The translations under genes were made by a program, and so were the position numbers. Shown one piece after another: positions 20,401 to 27,593 of a stretch of 32,366 nt of DNA (positions are counted from its first letter, which is position 1; every line of letters starts with the position of its first letter). The stretch is taken from positions 1-32,366 of the forward strand of contig JAFGOT010000004.1 in assembly GCA_016926395.1 (NCBI GenBank), given 5' to 3'. The notes under the pieces are model-generated. The model saw only the letters and a list, made by a program, of their open reading frames with translations. It was not told the DNA's origin and searched no databases. The stretch is from Candidatus Woesearchaeota archaeon. Its GTDB lineage: Archaea; Nanobdellota; Nanobdellia; Woesearchaeales; SKGA01.

Positions 20401-21288
20401 ATCATCAACTAAAGTTATGTTAATTGAAGTAGAACCAGTTCTTGAAAAATCAGGAGTAAAAGAAAAAGCACCAGTAGCACCAACTAAGTTTATGAAAGAT
20501 TCATTAGAATAAAAAGTCACATTATCATTTTCTTCATCAGATGCAAGAAGAGTAAAAGAACAAACAGAATTTTCAATACAATGAGAACCCATATTTAAAG
20601 TTGTCAAAACAGGAACATCATTAACAGGTCGTATATCAAAGATAACATCTTCCCCTCCCCAAGTTGAACCATCTCGAGCAAAAATAGACATTGTGTGATT
20701 ACCACAAACAGAATCATTTTGAGCAGTAAAAGATATTTGACCAGAAGTTGGATTTATAGCGAATAAAAAAGGAGTAAAATTCAAATCAATAGAATTCCAT
20801 AAAGTTATAGAATCACCATCAGGATCAGTAGCACTAGCTGTTGCTAAATAAGGATCATCTTCATACCAAACAACAGTATTTATCGGCGAAGTCAAAACAG
20901 GAGGTGAATTTACAATAGTAATAGATGAAGAATTAACAGGTCCAAACGTGGTGGAATCATCTTCTAAAAGAACATTACAAAGCCAAGAATCACCCTTTGT
21001 AGTAAATGCAGAAGTTACTGTTAGTAAAGAAGTTGGAATTGCATTAGATACAACATAAGAACCAGATATGCCCGCAGGAACTCCATTCTTATACCAAGAA
21101 ACATTAGCAGTAATAGTTCCAGTGCCCAGCGCAGTGAGGTCACAACTAAATGAAGATAAAGTTGTAACGTTTGTTGCAGGATTTACGCTAGGCCCGGAAC
21201 TAAAAGAAGGATTAGCAAGAGCAAAAGGAACTAAAACTAATAAGATTATAACAATAGAAAAACCAAATAAATTTCGACAACTCACCAC
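17491..21288 (-). CDS. 1265-aa cell-surface protein with tandem cadherin-like/Ig-like repeats
   Basis: Signal peptide ending PFALA; ~8 repeats opened by N-x-x-P and carrying DxDxD-like motifs (ATDPDGD, ASDEEND, ATDVDVND, GSDPDD, YDLDSN, YDEDL, FDPDED); many NxS/T sequons; C-terminal TM helix. Confidence 0.88.
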   Translation of the reverse strand: MVSCRNLFGFSIVIILLVLVPFALANPSFSSGPSVNPATNVTTLSSFSCDLTALGTGTITANVSWYKNGVPAGISGSYVVSNAIPTSLLTVTSAFTTKGDSWLCNVLLEDDSTTFGPVNSSSITIVNSPPVLTSPINTVVWYEDDPYLATASATDPDGDSITLWNSIDLNFTPFLFAINPTSGQISFTAQNDSVCGNHTMSIFARDGSTWGGEDVIFDIRPVNDVPVLTTLNMGSHCIENSVCSFTLLASDEENDNVTFYSNESFINLVGATGAFSFTPDFSRTGSTSINITLVDDRGANASYIFTLDVDAINHDPVINYQELSPSTLAQNSPSAIQYTINATDVDVNDTINFTISPDCDLPNPWLGTRVANGSGSTNASFIITKNPVITDNNSFVACRNITVTVFDVDEFGTPKQNIYLDVFMNITNENDYPYIHQYANFTDNGNLFDMHSISTATSLMFYFRVNGSDPDDLTYEGENFYYSIYGGNSSLFTIDSSSGNITSLAPLNTSHIGNLSFFVNITDDEGLSYTETMNITVINNSAPILDTFDNTPCVEDFPCVKTISIYDLDSNLENYSFFSVDIDRPRLNESGSIVHDLRIDYNLSTEDILSKFINFNSFDSSRTNYSINFTPTNNDTGYYVFHLTFVDSFGSVLEDDISFHVFNLNDVPLFDDDADHSTIENLTFPNVVDGVPFEKDIYIYDEDLQYSIDSLNLSFNISSSNFSISDFQLVNLSEDVFRLTFLPNSSHLGNHQINFTVTDLWGGESNFSINFTVVSPGLPPVIDQVRPWSLGGVLQNTLTNPPLSEDINVAEGNTVTFKVTAHDDTPGDIMSVYWYKDGVLVDTYTYGPLETSDIFFDYFDDGIVNVTVEVIDLNFNKDVHTWDVHVSNTNRPPTFVYGLSNLAISNNRSISGPTQYYDFFGLFDFTKMTFFDPDEDYNSNGKLDLFEDSYLTFAPNNGSDCLALANFEFTNENLVIVPTQIGTCYVNFTATDPYGAVAVSNEIRIDILDTQSDYNQQTSGESNTITQTKTITVPFTEEVNVPEEFNLIIPGVTVVYENGTVIIPIRLRNDWDADLKNIQLSANSSYPFQNFIFSQDFFTIIPKGMALDINLTMTNYRADAPFEVNISAYIGSEDFTDTSVVFVNALERGHEDSESLRSRIGFARDLLSDNPECEELNELLNEAEKKIGGNNQEGLDILNAVINSCKYLVNEAKTHESTTPQSFLGKLGFSSNSSFNFPVLFVAIMILFVGALIVGVLSSFKLKKI

Positions 21289-21491
21289 AATAATACCTGC
21301 AACAATATTATACTATAATAACAAGAGATTTCATTTATAAATGTTTTGACCTAAAAAGGCGTTAAACAGCCAAAAAAAGCACAATTAGATAAAAAAGCGT
21401 TTATAAATAAAGTTTATATATGTTAAGGAATTCCTAAACGAGACAGAGAATATTAATCATAGCCATCAATATTAATAAAAAACCAAAAAAG

Positions 21492-22202
21492 GTGAAAATC
21501 ATGGATTACAGTACAACAGAAATACTAATTGGAAAAGAAAAACAAGAAATGCTAAAAACAAAAACAGTCTCAATCATAGGTTTAAGTGGAATAGGTGTTA
21601 CAGCCGCCCAAATATTAGTACGAAATGGTGTAAACTTAAGAATAGTTGACAAAGAAAGAGTTTACGAAAAAGAAGCACCAAGATACACAACATACATTGA
21701 AGATGATATAAACAAGTTTAAAGCAAAACAAGCAAAAAAAAGACTTGAAGAAATAAATAGCGAAGTTAAAGTTAAATCATTTCATGAAGAATTAACAAAA
21801 GATAATGTTTTTTTACTTGATGCAGATGTAATAATCGATGCAAGTAACAATTTTAAAACATCAAAAATAGTAAATAATTTTGCACTTTCAAAAGACATCC
21901 CGCTAATCTTTGCAAACCATGTTGGAAGAAAAGGTCACGTTCTAGTTGTAGATAGAAAACAAAACAAAAAAGGAGCGTGCGTTGAATGTTTAGAAGAAGA
22001 ATTAAACATTGGATCCATCAAAGAAGATGGCGCTTATGGTCCAACAGCAATGATGGTTGCAGCACTAGCAGCAAATGCAGCAATAAAAAATCTAATTGGA
22101 ATAGAAAATGTTGAACAATTATTAGTTATTGACGCCTTAAAAACAGAAGTTAGACATAAAAACGTTGAGAAAAAACGAACGTGTAAAGCAGGAAAGAACT
22201 AA
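21492..22202 (+). CDS. divergent ThiF/MoeB/E1-like protein
   Basis: IIGLSGIG nucleotide-binding loop, KAKQAKKRLEEINS, IIDASNN, CVEC, GAYGP; start GTG 21492 or ATG 21501. Confidence 0.85.
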   Translation: MKIMDYSTTEILIGKEKQEMLKTKTVSIIGLSGIGVTAAQILVRNGVNLRIVDKERVYEKEAPRYTTYIEDDINKFKAKQAKKRLEEINSEVKVKSFHEELTKDNVFLLDADVIIDASNNFKTSKIVNNFALSKDIPLIFANHVGRKGHVLVVDRKQNKKGACVECLEEELNIGSIKEDGAYGPTAMMVAALAANAAIKNLIGIENVEQLLVIDALKTEVRHKNVEKKRTCKAGKN

Positions 22203-22213
22203 GGATAAATACA

Positions 22214-23251
22214 GTGACAAGTAGAGAAGAAATTATTAAAAAAATTAGAGACCAACTTAACGATAGCGCCAGACCTTTATTTCTATTTGATGATGATCCT
22301 GACGGATTAGCAGCATTCTTATTGCTTTACAAAATGGTAAGAGCAGGAAAAGGTTCTGCATTAAAAGGATCTAATCTTAACGAAGAGTACGCAGAAAAGG
22401 TGAATGAATATTCACCTGATTTAGTTGTGATACTTGATAAACCAATAGTGGAACAAGATTTTTTTGACAAAGTAAAATCTAAATGTATTTGGATAGATCA
22501 CCACGAATTACAGACTCCGAAAGGAGTAACGTACTTTAATCCAAGAAAATATGATTCTGAAAAAAATATTCCAACAAGCCAATTATGTTATGAGATAACA
22601 CAGGAAGACGAATGGATTGCAGCAGTTGGGATAGTGGCTGATTGGTGTATACCACCTCAAGATATAATAAAAAAAACAAGAGAAAAATTTGGAAATGTGA
22701 TTTCTGAAAAAATAGAAAACGCACCAGATGCATTATACAACAGCGACATAGGAAAAATTGCAAGAGTGTTCTCGTTTAATCTAAAAGGTAAAGCAAAAGA
22801 CGTATATGCAAGTATGAAAATACTAAGTAGAATAAAAAGTCCACAAGAACTCCTTAATGAAGAACATGCACAAGCAAAGCTAGTGATGAAACAATACAAA
22901 AATCATCAAAAAGAATATGAAAAAGTTTTAAGTCAAATCGAAGTTAATAAAGAAGACAGCATTTTATTATTCAAATATACAGATAGTTCAAACTCATACA
23001 CAGTCGATTTATCAAATGAATTATTATATCGATACCCTGAAAAATATATAATAATAGCAAGATACCACAATAACTCTTATCGATGTTCTCTAAGAAGCAA
23101 CAAATATCCAGTAGAACCAATCCTTCAAGATGTTTTGAAAACAACAGGAGGAACAGGAGGAGGACATTTGCACGCATGTGGAGCAATAATCCCTGAAGAA
23201 CAGTTTGATAATTTTGTGGAATTAATTAGAGATAAGACAAAAGCTTTTTAA
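22214..23251 (+). CDS. DHH/DHHA1 phosphoesterase (RecJ/NrnA-like)
   Basis: FDDDPDGL, ILDKP, WIDHH, GIVAD, SLRS, GGGHLHACG. Confidence 0.92.
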   Translation: MTSREEIIKKIRDQLNDSARPLFLFDDDPDGLAAFLLLYKMVRAGKGSALKGSNLNEEYAEKVNEYSPDLVVILDKPIVEQDFFDKVKSKCIWIDHHELQTPKGVTYFNPRKYDSEKNIPTSQLCYEITQEDEWIAAVGIVADWCIPPQDIIKKTREKFGNVISEKIENAPDALYNSDIGKIARVFSFNLKGKAKDVYASMKILSRIKSPQELLNEEHAQAKLVMKQYKNHQKEYEKVLSQIEVNKEDSILLFKYTDSSNSYTVDLSNELLYRYPEKYIIIARYHNNSYRCSLRSNKYPVEPILQDVLKTTGGTGGGHLHACGAIIPEEQFDNFVELIRDKTKAF

Positions 23252-23305
23252 GTAAAAAATAAGTTCAAAAAGTAATTCTAAGCAAAGAATTCTAATTGAA
23301 AATTT

Positions 23306-23378
23306 GCCTCCTTGGCTTAGTGGCTATAGCACGGCATTGGTAATGCCGAGATCCCGGGTTCAACTCCCGGAGGAGGCT
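23306..23378 (+). tRNA. tRNA-Thr(GGU)
   Basis: GCCTCCT/AGGAGGC acceptor; CGGCA-TTGGTAA-TGCCG anticodon arm; CCGGG-TTCAACT-CCCGG T arm; U73; 73 nt. Confidence 0.97.
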
Positions 23379-23412
23379 TTTATTTCTAAAATCCCTTTTA
23401 AAAAGGAAAACG

Positions 23413-23433
23413 CTTTTAAAAGAAATAATGTTC
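23413..23433 (+). promoter_or_regulatory. putative tRNA-Thr(AGU) promoter
   Basis: AAAACGC BRE-like element followed by TTTTAAAAGAAATAATGTTC; the TATA begins ~43 nt upstream of the tRNA. Confidence 0.6.
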
Positions 23434-23456
23434 TCTGATTCTAAGCAATTGATTTT

Positions 23457-23529
23457 GCCTCCGTGGCTTAGTGGCTATAGCGGCTGCCTAGTAAGCAGCA
23501 GGTCCCGAGTTCAAATCTCGGCGGAGGCT
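23457..23529 (+). tRNA. tRNA-Thr(AGU), A34 anticodon
   Basis: Perfect cloverleaf: GCCTCCG/CGGAGGC acceptor; GCTGC-CTAGTAA-GCAGC anticodon arm; CCGAG-TTCAAAT-CTCGG T arm; U73; 73 nt. Confidence 0.93.
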
Positions 23530-23539
23530 TATTTCTTAT
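23522..23539 (+). repeat. 18-bp direct repeat, copy 1 (tRNA 3' end; attL-like)
   Basis: CGGAGGCTTATTTCTTAT, identical to 25092-25109. Confidence 0.85.
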
Positions 23540-23571
23540 TTATATAAAGCTCTCAATCTAAAAAATTAGAA

Positions 23572-23985
23572 TTACTTTGAAGGTCTTAATTTTATAAATA
23601 ACCAATTTAATGGAAAATATACTATTAGAACAACTACCAAAGACAATGGCCAGAAAATAATTTTTGAAAGAAGTGAATTATATATGATCATAAATGTTGA
23701 TAACACTACAACAACCAAACTAATAAAAAAATTATCATAAAAATTTTGTTTGTCTTTTAAGTCATCCGAAAAGGAAACATAGATATTATATGATACAAAT
23801 AGTAGAAAAATTAACGTAAAAGTTAAAACTAAAATTCCTTGCGAATTGGTGTCCGTGAAAAGTTCAGTAGAACCATAGACCATTGAAATAAATTTTCCAA
23901 AAAAGAAAGAAACTAGCAAAGAAGCTATCAATGCCGAATTAAAATTTTTAGATTTTCTCCAATGTTTTGTTATTACTTTAAACAT
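23572..23985 (-). CDS. hypothetical 4-TM membrane protein
   Basis: 137 aa with four hydrophobic segments; starts 1 nt after the upstream stop. Confidence 0.7.
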   Translation of the reverse strand: MFKVITKHWRKSKNFNSALIASLLVSFFFGKFISMVYGSTELFTDTNSQGILVLTFTLIFLLFVSYNIYVSFSDDLKDKQNFYDNFFISLVVVVLSTFMIIYNSLLSKIIFWPLSLVVVLIVYFPLNWLFIKLRPSK

Positions 23986-23986
23986 T

Positions 23987-24724
23987 TTATTTTATTGCTT
24001 GTTTTGCTTCTTTGACTTCATCTTCAAAAGTTTTAATTGTATTATCCATTTCATCCATTCGATAATACAGTGTATGTATATTGACTTTCATTTTTTCTTT
24101 TTCACTAGACAATCTGTAAGCTACACTTTTCAAATATCTCATTTTGCCCAACTTTTCTGTAGCTTCTTTTAGTTGACTTTTGAATCGTTTTACTAAATCC
24201 TTTGCTTCTAGAAGATTTCTTGGCCAGTAGGATAACTCTCTCTTAACTTCTGACTCTGCTTTGTTATATTTCTTTTTTGTTTCTTTGATTCCACTTTCTA
24301 TTTCAGTTATTTTGTCTAGAATTTTTTTGAAACTAGATTTTGATGTATATTCAGGATATTTATCTAGATATTCTTGCATTGCATTTATTCTAAAATCATC
24401 AACCTCAGAATCTTTTATTTTTGGTTTTATTGTAACATTTGTATTCTTCTTTCCCTTCTGAGATGTTTTTAGCATTTCTTTTTCGAAATTAGTTTCTTTA
24501 ACTAGTAAATTATTCAGACTCACATATAATTCTGATTTCTCTTCTTCATCAGCCTTTAAATCATTTTTATATTTATGAATCAAAGCCATATTATCCTTAA
24601 GTTTGTGATTCATACCATAAAGCCACTTAACTTTTGACTTAACTTCCTCATGAGTACGATTTAAAGCTTGTTGATACTCTTCTTTGATTGCAATTGCGTC
24701 CTTTTTTCCTGTTATGTCTACCAT
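23987..24724 (-). CDS. coiled-coil protein with LemA-like segment
   Basis: YPEYTSKSSFKKILDKITEIESGIKETKKKYNKAESEVKRELSYWPRNLL parallels the LemA core (YP-L-A---F--L--EL---E--I---R--YN------------FP-NL); likely start MVDIT at 24724. Confidence 0.6.
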   Translation of the reverse strand: MVDITGKKDAIAIKEEYQQALNRTHEEVKSKVKWLYGMNHKLKDNMALIHKYKNDLKADEEEKSELYVSLNNLLVKETNFEKEMLKTSQKGKKNTNVTIKPKIKDSEVDDFRINAMQEYLDKYPEYTSKSSFKKILDKITEIESGIKETKKKYNKAESEVKRELSYWPRNLLEAKDLVKRFKSQLKEATEKLGKMRYLKSVAYRLSSEKEKMKVNIHTLYYRMDEMDNTIKTFEDEVKEAKQAIK

Positions 24725-24725
24725 T

Positions 24726-24893
24726 TTATTTGAAATACTCCTCCTTCTTGAGATTTTTTGGTTTAACTTCAACTTCGAAATGTTTGATTATTTTTTTAAT
24801 TGCTTCTTGTTTTGTTTTTAGCCCATTCACTAATTTGTATATCTCTACTGCTTTGTCTTCCTCAGGGCTTAAGTCTAATTGTATTTTTACCAT
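24726..24893 (-). CDS. DUF2683-like ribbon-helix-helix (antitoxin-like) protein, 55 aa, not in the ORF track
   Basis: Hand translation: MVKIQLDLSPEEDKAVEIYKLVNGLKTKQEAIKKIIKHFEVEVKPKNLKKEEYFK; upstream TATA-like TTTATATA at 24928-24935. Confidence 0.75.
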   Translation of the reverse strand: MVKIQLDLSPEEDKAVEIYKLVNGLKTKQEAIKKIIKHFEVEVKPKNLKKEEYFK

Positions 24894-25091
24894 TTGTATC
24901 TTCTTGATATACGAGAATATACTGAAATATATAAATGTTTCTATGATTTTAGCTCTTTTCAGCTATTAAATTTAAGAACTCAAACGCCTTTTATTCTCTT
25001 AGGGAACTCGTTAGAATTAGCGTTTTACACTGGGGGCTTTATACTTCCTGAGAGCTTCAAGAGAAGGGAAACGGAGAGTCTTTATTTTCGC

Positions 25092-25109
25092 CGGAGGCTT
25101 ATTTCTTAT
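25092..25109 (+). repeat. 18-bp direct repeat, copy 2 (attR-like)
   Basis: CGGAGGCTTATTTCTTAT, preceded by a degenerate T-arm-like GAGAG...TTCGC. Confidence 0.85.
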
Positions 25110-25115
25110 GAATAA

Positions 25116-26342
25116 TTATTCATCACGTAGAGTGTCTGCAGGTTTGTGTTTTGCTGCTTGAACTGCAGGAAGAGTTCCAGCTCCAGCACCAAGTACAAAT
25201 GAGAAAGCTAATGCTCCTAAAAATAATCCCCATGAAAAATGAGCAACCAAAAATGTTTTTCCAAGAGCTTGAGTACTAATTATTTCTACAAGCTTTGCAA
25301 AACCAACTCCTAAAAATATTCCTATCAAACCACCCACCAAACCAAGAAGACCAGATTCGATTAAGAATAAATAAAGAATATCACTATTTTTAGCACCAAC
25401 TGCTTTCATAATACCAATTTCTTTATTACGTTCCATAACTGAAGTAAACATGGTGTTCATAACTCCAATCCCGCCAACAAATAAACTAATAAGAGCAATA
25501 CCAATAAGGACGCCCTGAACAATATTTAAAATTGTGTCGAGTGTAGAAAGCAAATCTTCAGGAGTTTGAACATTAAAACCAACATCATCAACATTCACGC
25601 CTTGATGACGAGCAAGAGATCTAGTTACAACATCAGCCAAATCGTTTAAAGTTTCCTCATCACCTTGAACAACAATAAAATCAATTCGGTCCTCAATACC
25701 CGTAACTTTTCTAAATGAATCCATAGGAATGATAATCATGGAGTCATCTTGCGAACTACCAATTGGTTCAAAAACACCAGCCAAATAAAACTTTTGATCG
25801 TTAATAAAAAATTTATTATTTAACTGAATATTTTTCCCAGCATAAAGTCCACGTTCATTATGATAAAAACCTGTAACAGCGGCAAAAGTATCACCAGGTT
25901 CTAAGTTTCTACCTTTAGCTATGTCCGTAGCAAAAATATCAATAATCAAATTTAATCTTTCGGGTTCAGTTGGTATGCCCACAACTGAATAATATCTGAC
26001 TGAATCTTGAAATTCAATTCGAGCACTTGACATGACATAACCAGATACAGCTTGAACACCTGAAATTCCTTCCAGAAAATCCAAATCAGATTCAACTAAA
26101 GGAACATAACCAGTATTAGCGCCAGGAGGACCAAATTGTGTTTTAGGAGTAATCATTAATTTATCACTACCCATTCTTTCAAAAGTATCATAAACAGCAG
26201 AACGCATTCCTTGGCCTAAACTAATTAAAGAAACAACAGCAGCAATACCAATAAATATTCCAATCATAGTTAACCAACTACGAAGACGTCTCCTCGTTAA
26301 AGAACGAAGTGCAATTTGGAAATATTCTTTGATTAAAGTCAT
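25116..26342 (-). CDS. MacB/FtsX-type ABC permease
   Basis: RRLRSWLTMIGIFIGIAAVV, GGIGVMNTMFTSVMERNKEIGIMKAVGAK, FLIES; ATG 26342 overlaps the upstream TGA. Confidence 0.93.
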   Translation of the reverse strand: MTLIKEYFQIALRSLTRRRLRSWLTMIGIFIGIAAVVSLISLGQGMRSAVYDTFERMGSDKLMITPKTQFGPPGANTGYVPLVESDLDFLEGISGVQAVSGYVMSSARIEFQDSVRYYSVVGIPTEPERLNLIIDIFATDIAKGRNLEPGDTFAAVTGFYHNERGLYAGKNIQLNNKFFINDQKFYLAGVFEPIGSSQDDSMIIIPMDSFRKVTGIEDRIDFIVVQGDEETLNDLADVVTRSLARHQGVNVDDVGFNVQTPEDLLSTLDTILNIVQGVLIGIALISLFVGGIGVMNTMFTSVMERNKEIGIMKAVGAKNSDILYLFLIESGLLGLVGGLIGIFLGVGFAKLVEIISTQALGKTFLVAHFSWGLFLGALAFSFVLGAGAGTLPAVQAAKHKPADTLRDE

Positions 26343-27547
26343 TTTCTTAAACTCTCCACAGGATCCATTCTTGAAGCTTGCATTGCAGGTAGAGTACCAG
26401 CAAGCGACCCAATAACAAATGAAAATAGCAAAGCACCAACTAAAAGCCACCAAGGAAGAGCTGCTTTTAATATAGCAATATCATAAGCTGCTTTCACACC
26501 AATCTCGACACCTTTACTAATCATGATTCCTAACACTAAACCAATAAACCCGCCAAGCAAACCTAGCATTCCAGATTCTATTAAAAATATTCCAAGAACC
26601 TGTTCGTTAGTAGCACCAATGGATTTCATAATACCAATTTCTTTTCGTCTCTCAAGAACGGCAGTGTACATCGTGTTAAGAATACCAATCGCTCCAACAA
26701 CTAAAGAAATCGCAGCAATACCAACAAGCAAAATTTGAACAATAGTTAGTATCTCTTTAAACGAATCAATAGTTTCTTGAGGAGAAGAAACAACAAAATC
26801 TTCTTCACCTACTTTTTGACCTCTATCACGACGAAGTGTTCGTTCAACGGAATCTTTTAGTTGAACCATATCTGCATCTGCTTCTGCGGCTACAACTAAT
26901 AAACTATAATCACCATTTAAATCAAATAACTCATCCATTGCAACTTCAGACATTAGAATAGAATCATCAATCATAAAATTTCCTTTCTTTTTTAAGATTC
27001 CTACAACTTCAAATTCTTTTCCACCAATAGTTACTTTTGAACCAACTTCTGGTTTCAATCCATCAATTTCAACTTTAGAACCAATAGTAATTTTTCCCTT
27101 ATCAGTTCCTGAAATAAGATAACCTTCTTCAAGATCAAAATCCATTATATCTCTAATTACGGCAACCCCTTCTTTTGAAGGAATAGATGCCAAAAATAAT
27201 GCCTCAGAGTTTCCGCGATACTCGACTAAAGCAGGCATCAATTGTCTTCCAAAAACAGTTTTTACACCATTAATACGTTTTAGAAGAGAAATGTCGTGAT
27301 CTGTTACCTTACCAACAGAAGTAGCACCAGGAGGACCAAAACTGTTTCCTGCACCTTGAATAGAAAGTACATCAACACCTAAAGAAGCAAATTGTTCAGT
27401 TACAGCTCCTTCAAGTCCCTGACCTAAACTAATAAGAGCAACGATAGCTGCAATTCCTGCAAAGATACCAATAAGAGTTAACCAACTACGTACACGACGA
27501 TGGGTCAAATTACCAATGGCAATCTTAAACATATCTTTTAGGTTCAC
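26339..27547 (-). CDS. MacB/FtsX-type ABC permease (paralog)
   Basis: RRVRSWLTLIGIFAGIAA, GAIGILNTMYTAVLERRKEIGIMKSIGAT, ASRMDPVESLR. Confidence 0.93.
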   Translation of the reverse strand: MNLKDMFKIAIGNLTHRRVRSWLTLIGIFAGIAAIVALISLGQGLEGAVTEQFASLGVDVLSIQGAGNSFGPPGATSVGKVTDHDISLLKRINGVKTVFGRQLMPALVEYRGNSEALFLASIPSKEGVAVIRDIMDFDLEEGYLISGTDKGKITIGSKVEIDGLKPEVGSKVTIGGKEFEVVGILKKKGNFMIDDSILMSEVAMDELFDLNGDYSLLVVAAEADADMVQLKDSVERTLRRDRGQKVGEEDFVVSSPQETIDSFKEILTIVQILLVGIAAISLVVGAIGILNTMYTAVLERRKEIGIMKSIGATNEQVLGIFLIESGMLGLLGGFIGLVLGIMISKGVEIGVKAAYDIAILKAALPWWLLVGALLFSFVIGSLAGTLPAMQASRMDPVESLRK

Positions 27548-27593
27548 AAATAACAGCCTCGAATTTTAATATAAAAAATAAAATAAAAAACAC

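Larger units (their letters stand above)
23540..25109. mobile_element. putative integrase-less mini-island at tRNA-Thr(AGU)
   Basis: Bounded by a duplicated tRNA 3' end; cargo is a membrane protein, a LemA-like protein and a DUF2683-like protein; no integrase seen. Confidence 0.45.

Noticed and set aside
16807-21368. GGCGTTAAACA shared by two divergent promoters (16807-16817, 21358-21368)
   Set aside because: An 11-mer match among AT-rich spacers is plausible by chance, the spacing to TATA differs, and it resembles generic BRE/TATA sequence.
21425-21476. AGGAATTCCT palindrome and twin AATATTAAT upstream of the E1-like gene
   Set aside because: Short, AT-rich, not repeated elsewhere, and no cognate regulator nearby.
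24961-25110. Possible RNase P or SRP RNA, or a complete tRNA
   Set aside because: It lacks the GAGGAAAGUCC / ACAGAA-type cores and the SRP helix-8 motif, and no full cloverleaf forms.
24688-25115. Plus-strand ORFs 24688-24969 and 24879-25115
   Set aside because: They overlap the better-supported minus-strand DUF2683-like gene and its promoter, and have no recognisable features.
26343-26453. N-terminal extensions given by the ORF track (permease to 26453, MoxR to 16781, kinase to 1140, HIT to 4696, LemA-like to 24772)
   Set aside because: They overlap upstream genes or promoters; downstream ATGs fit the coupling and homology better.
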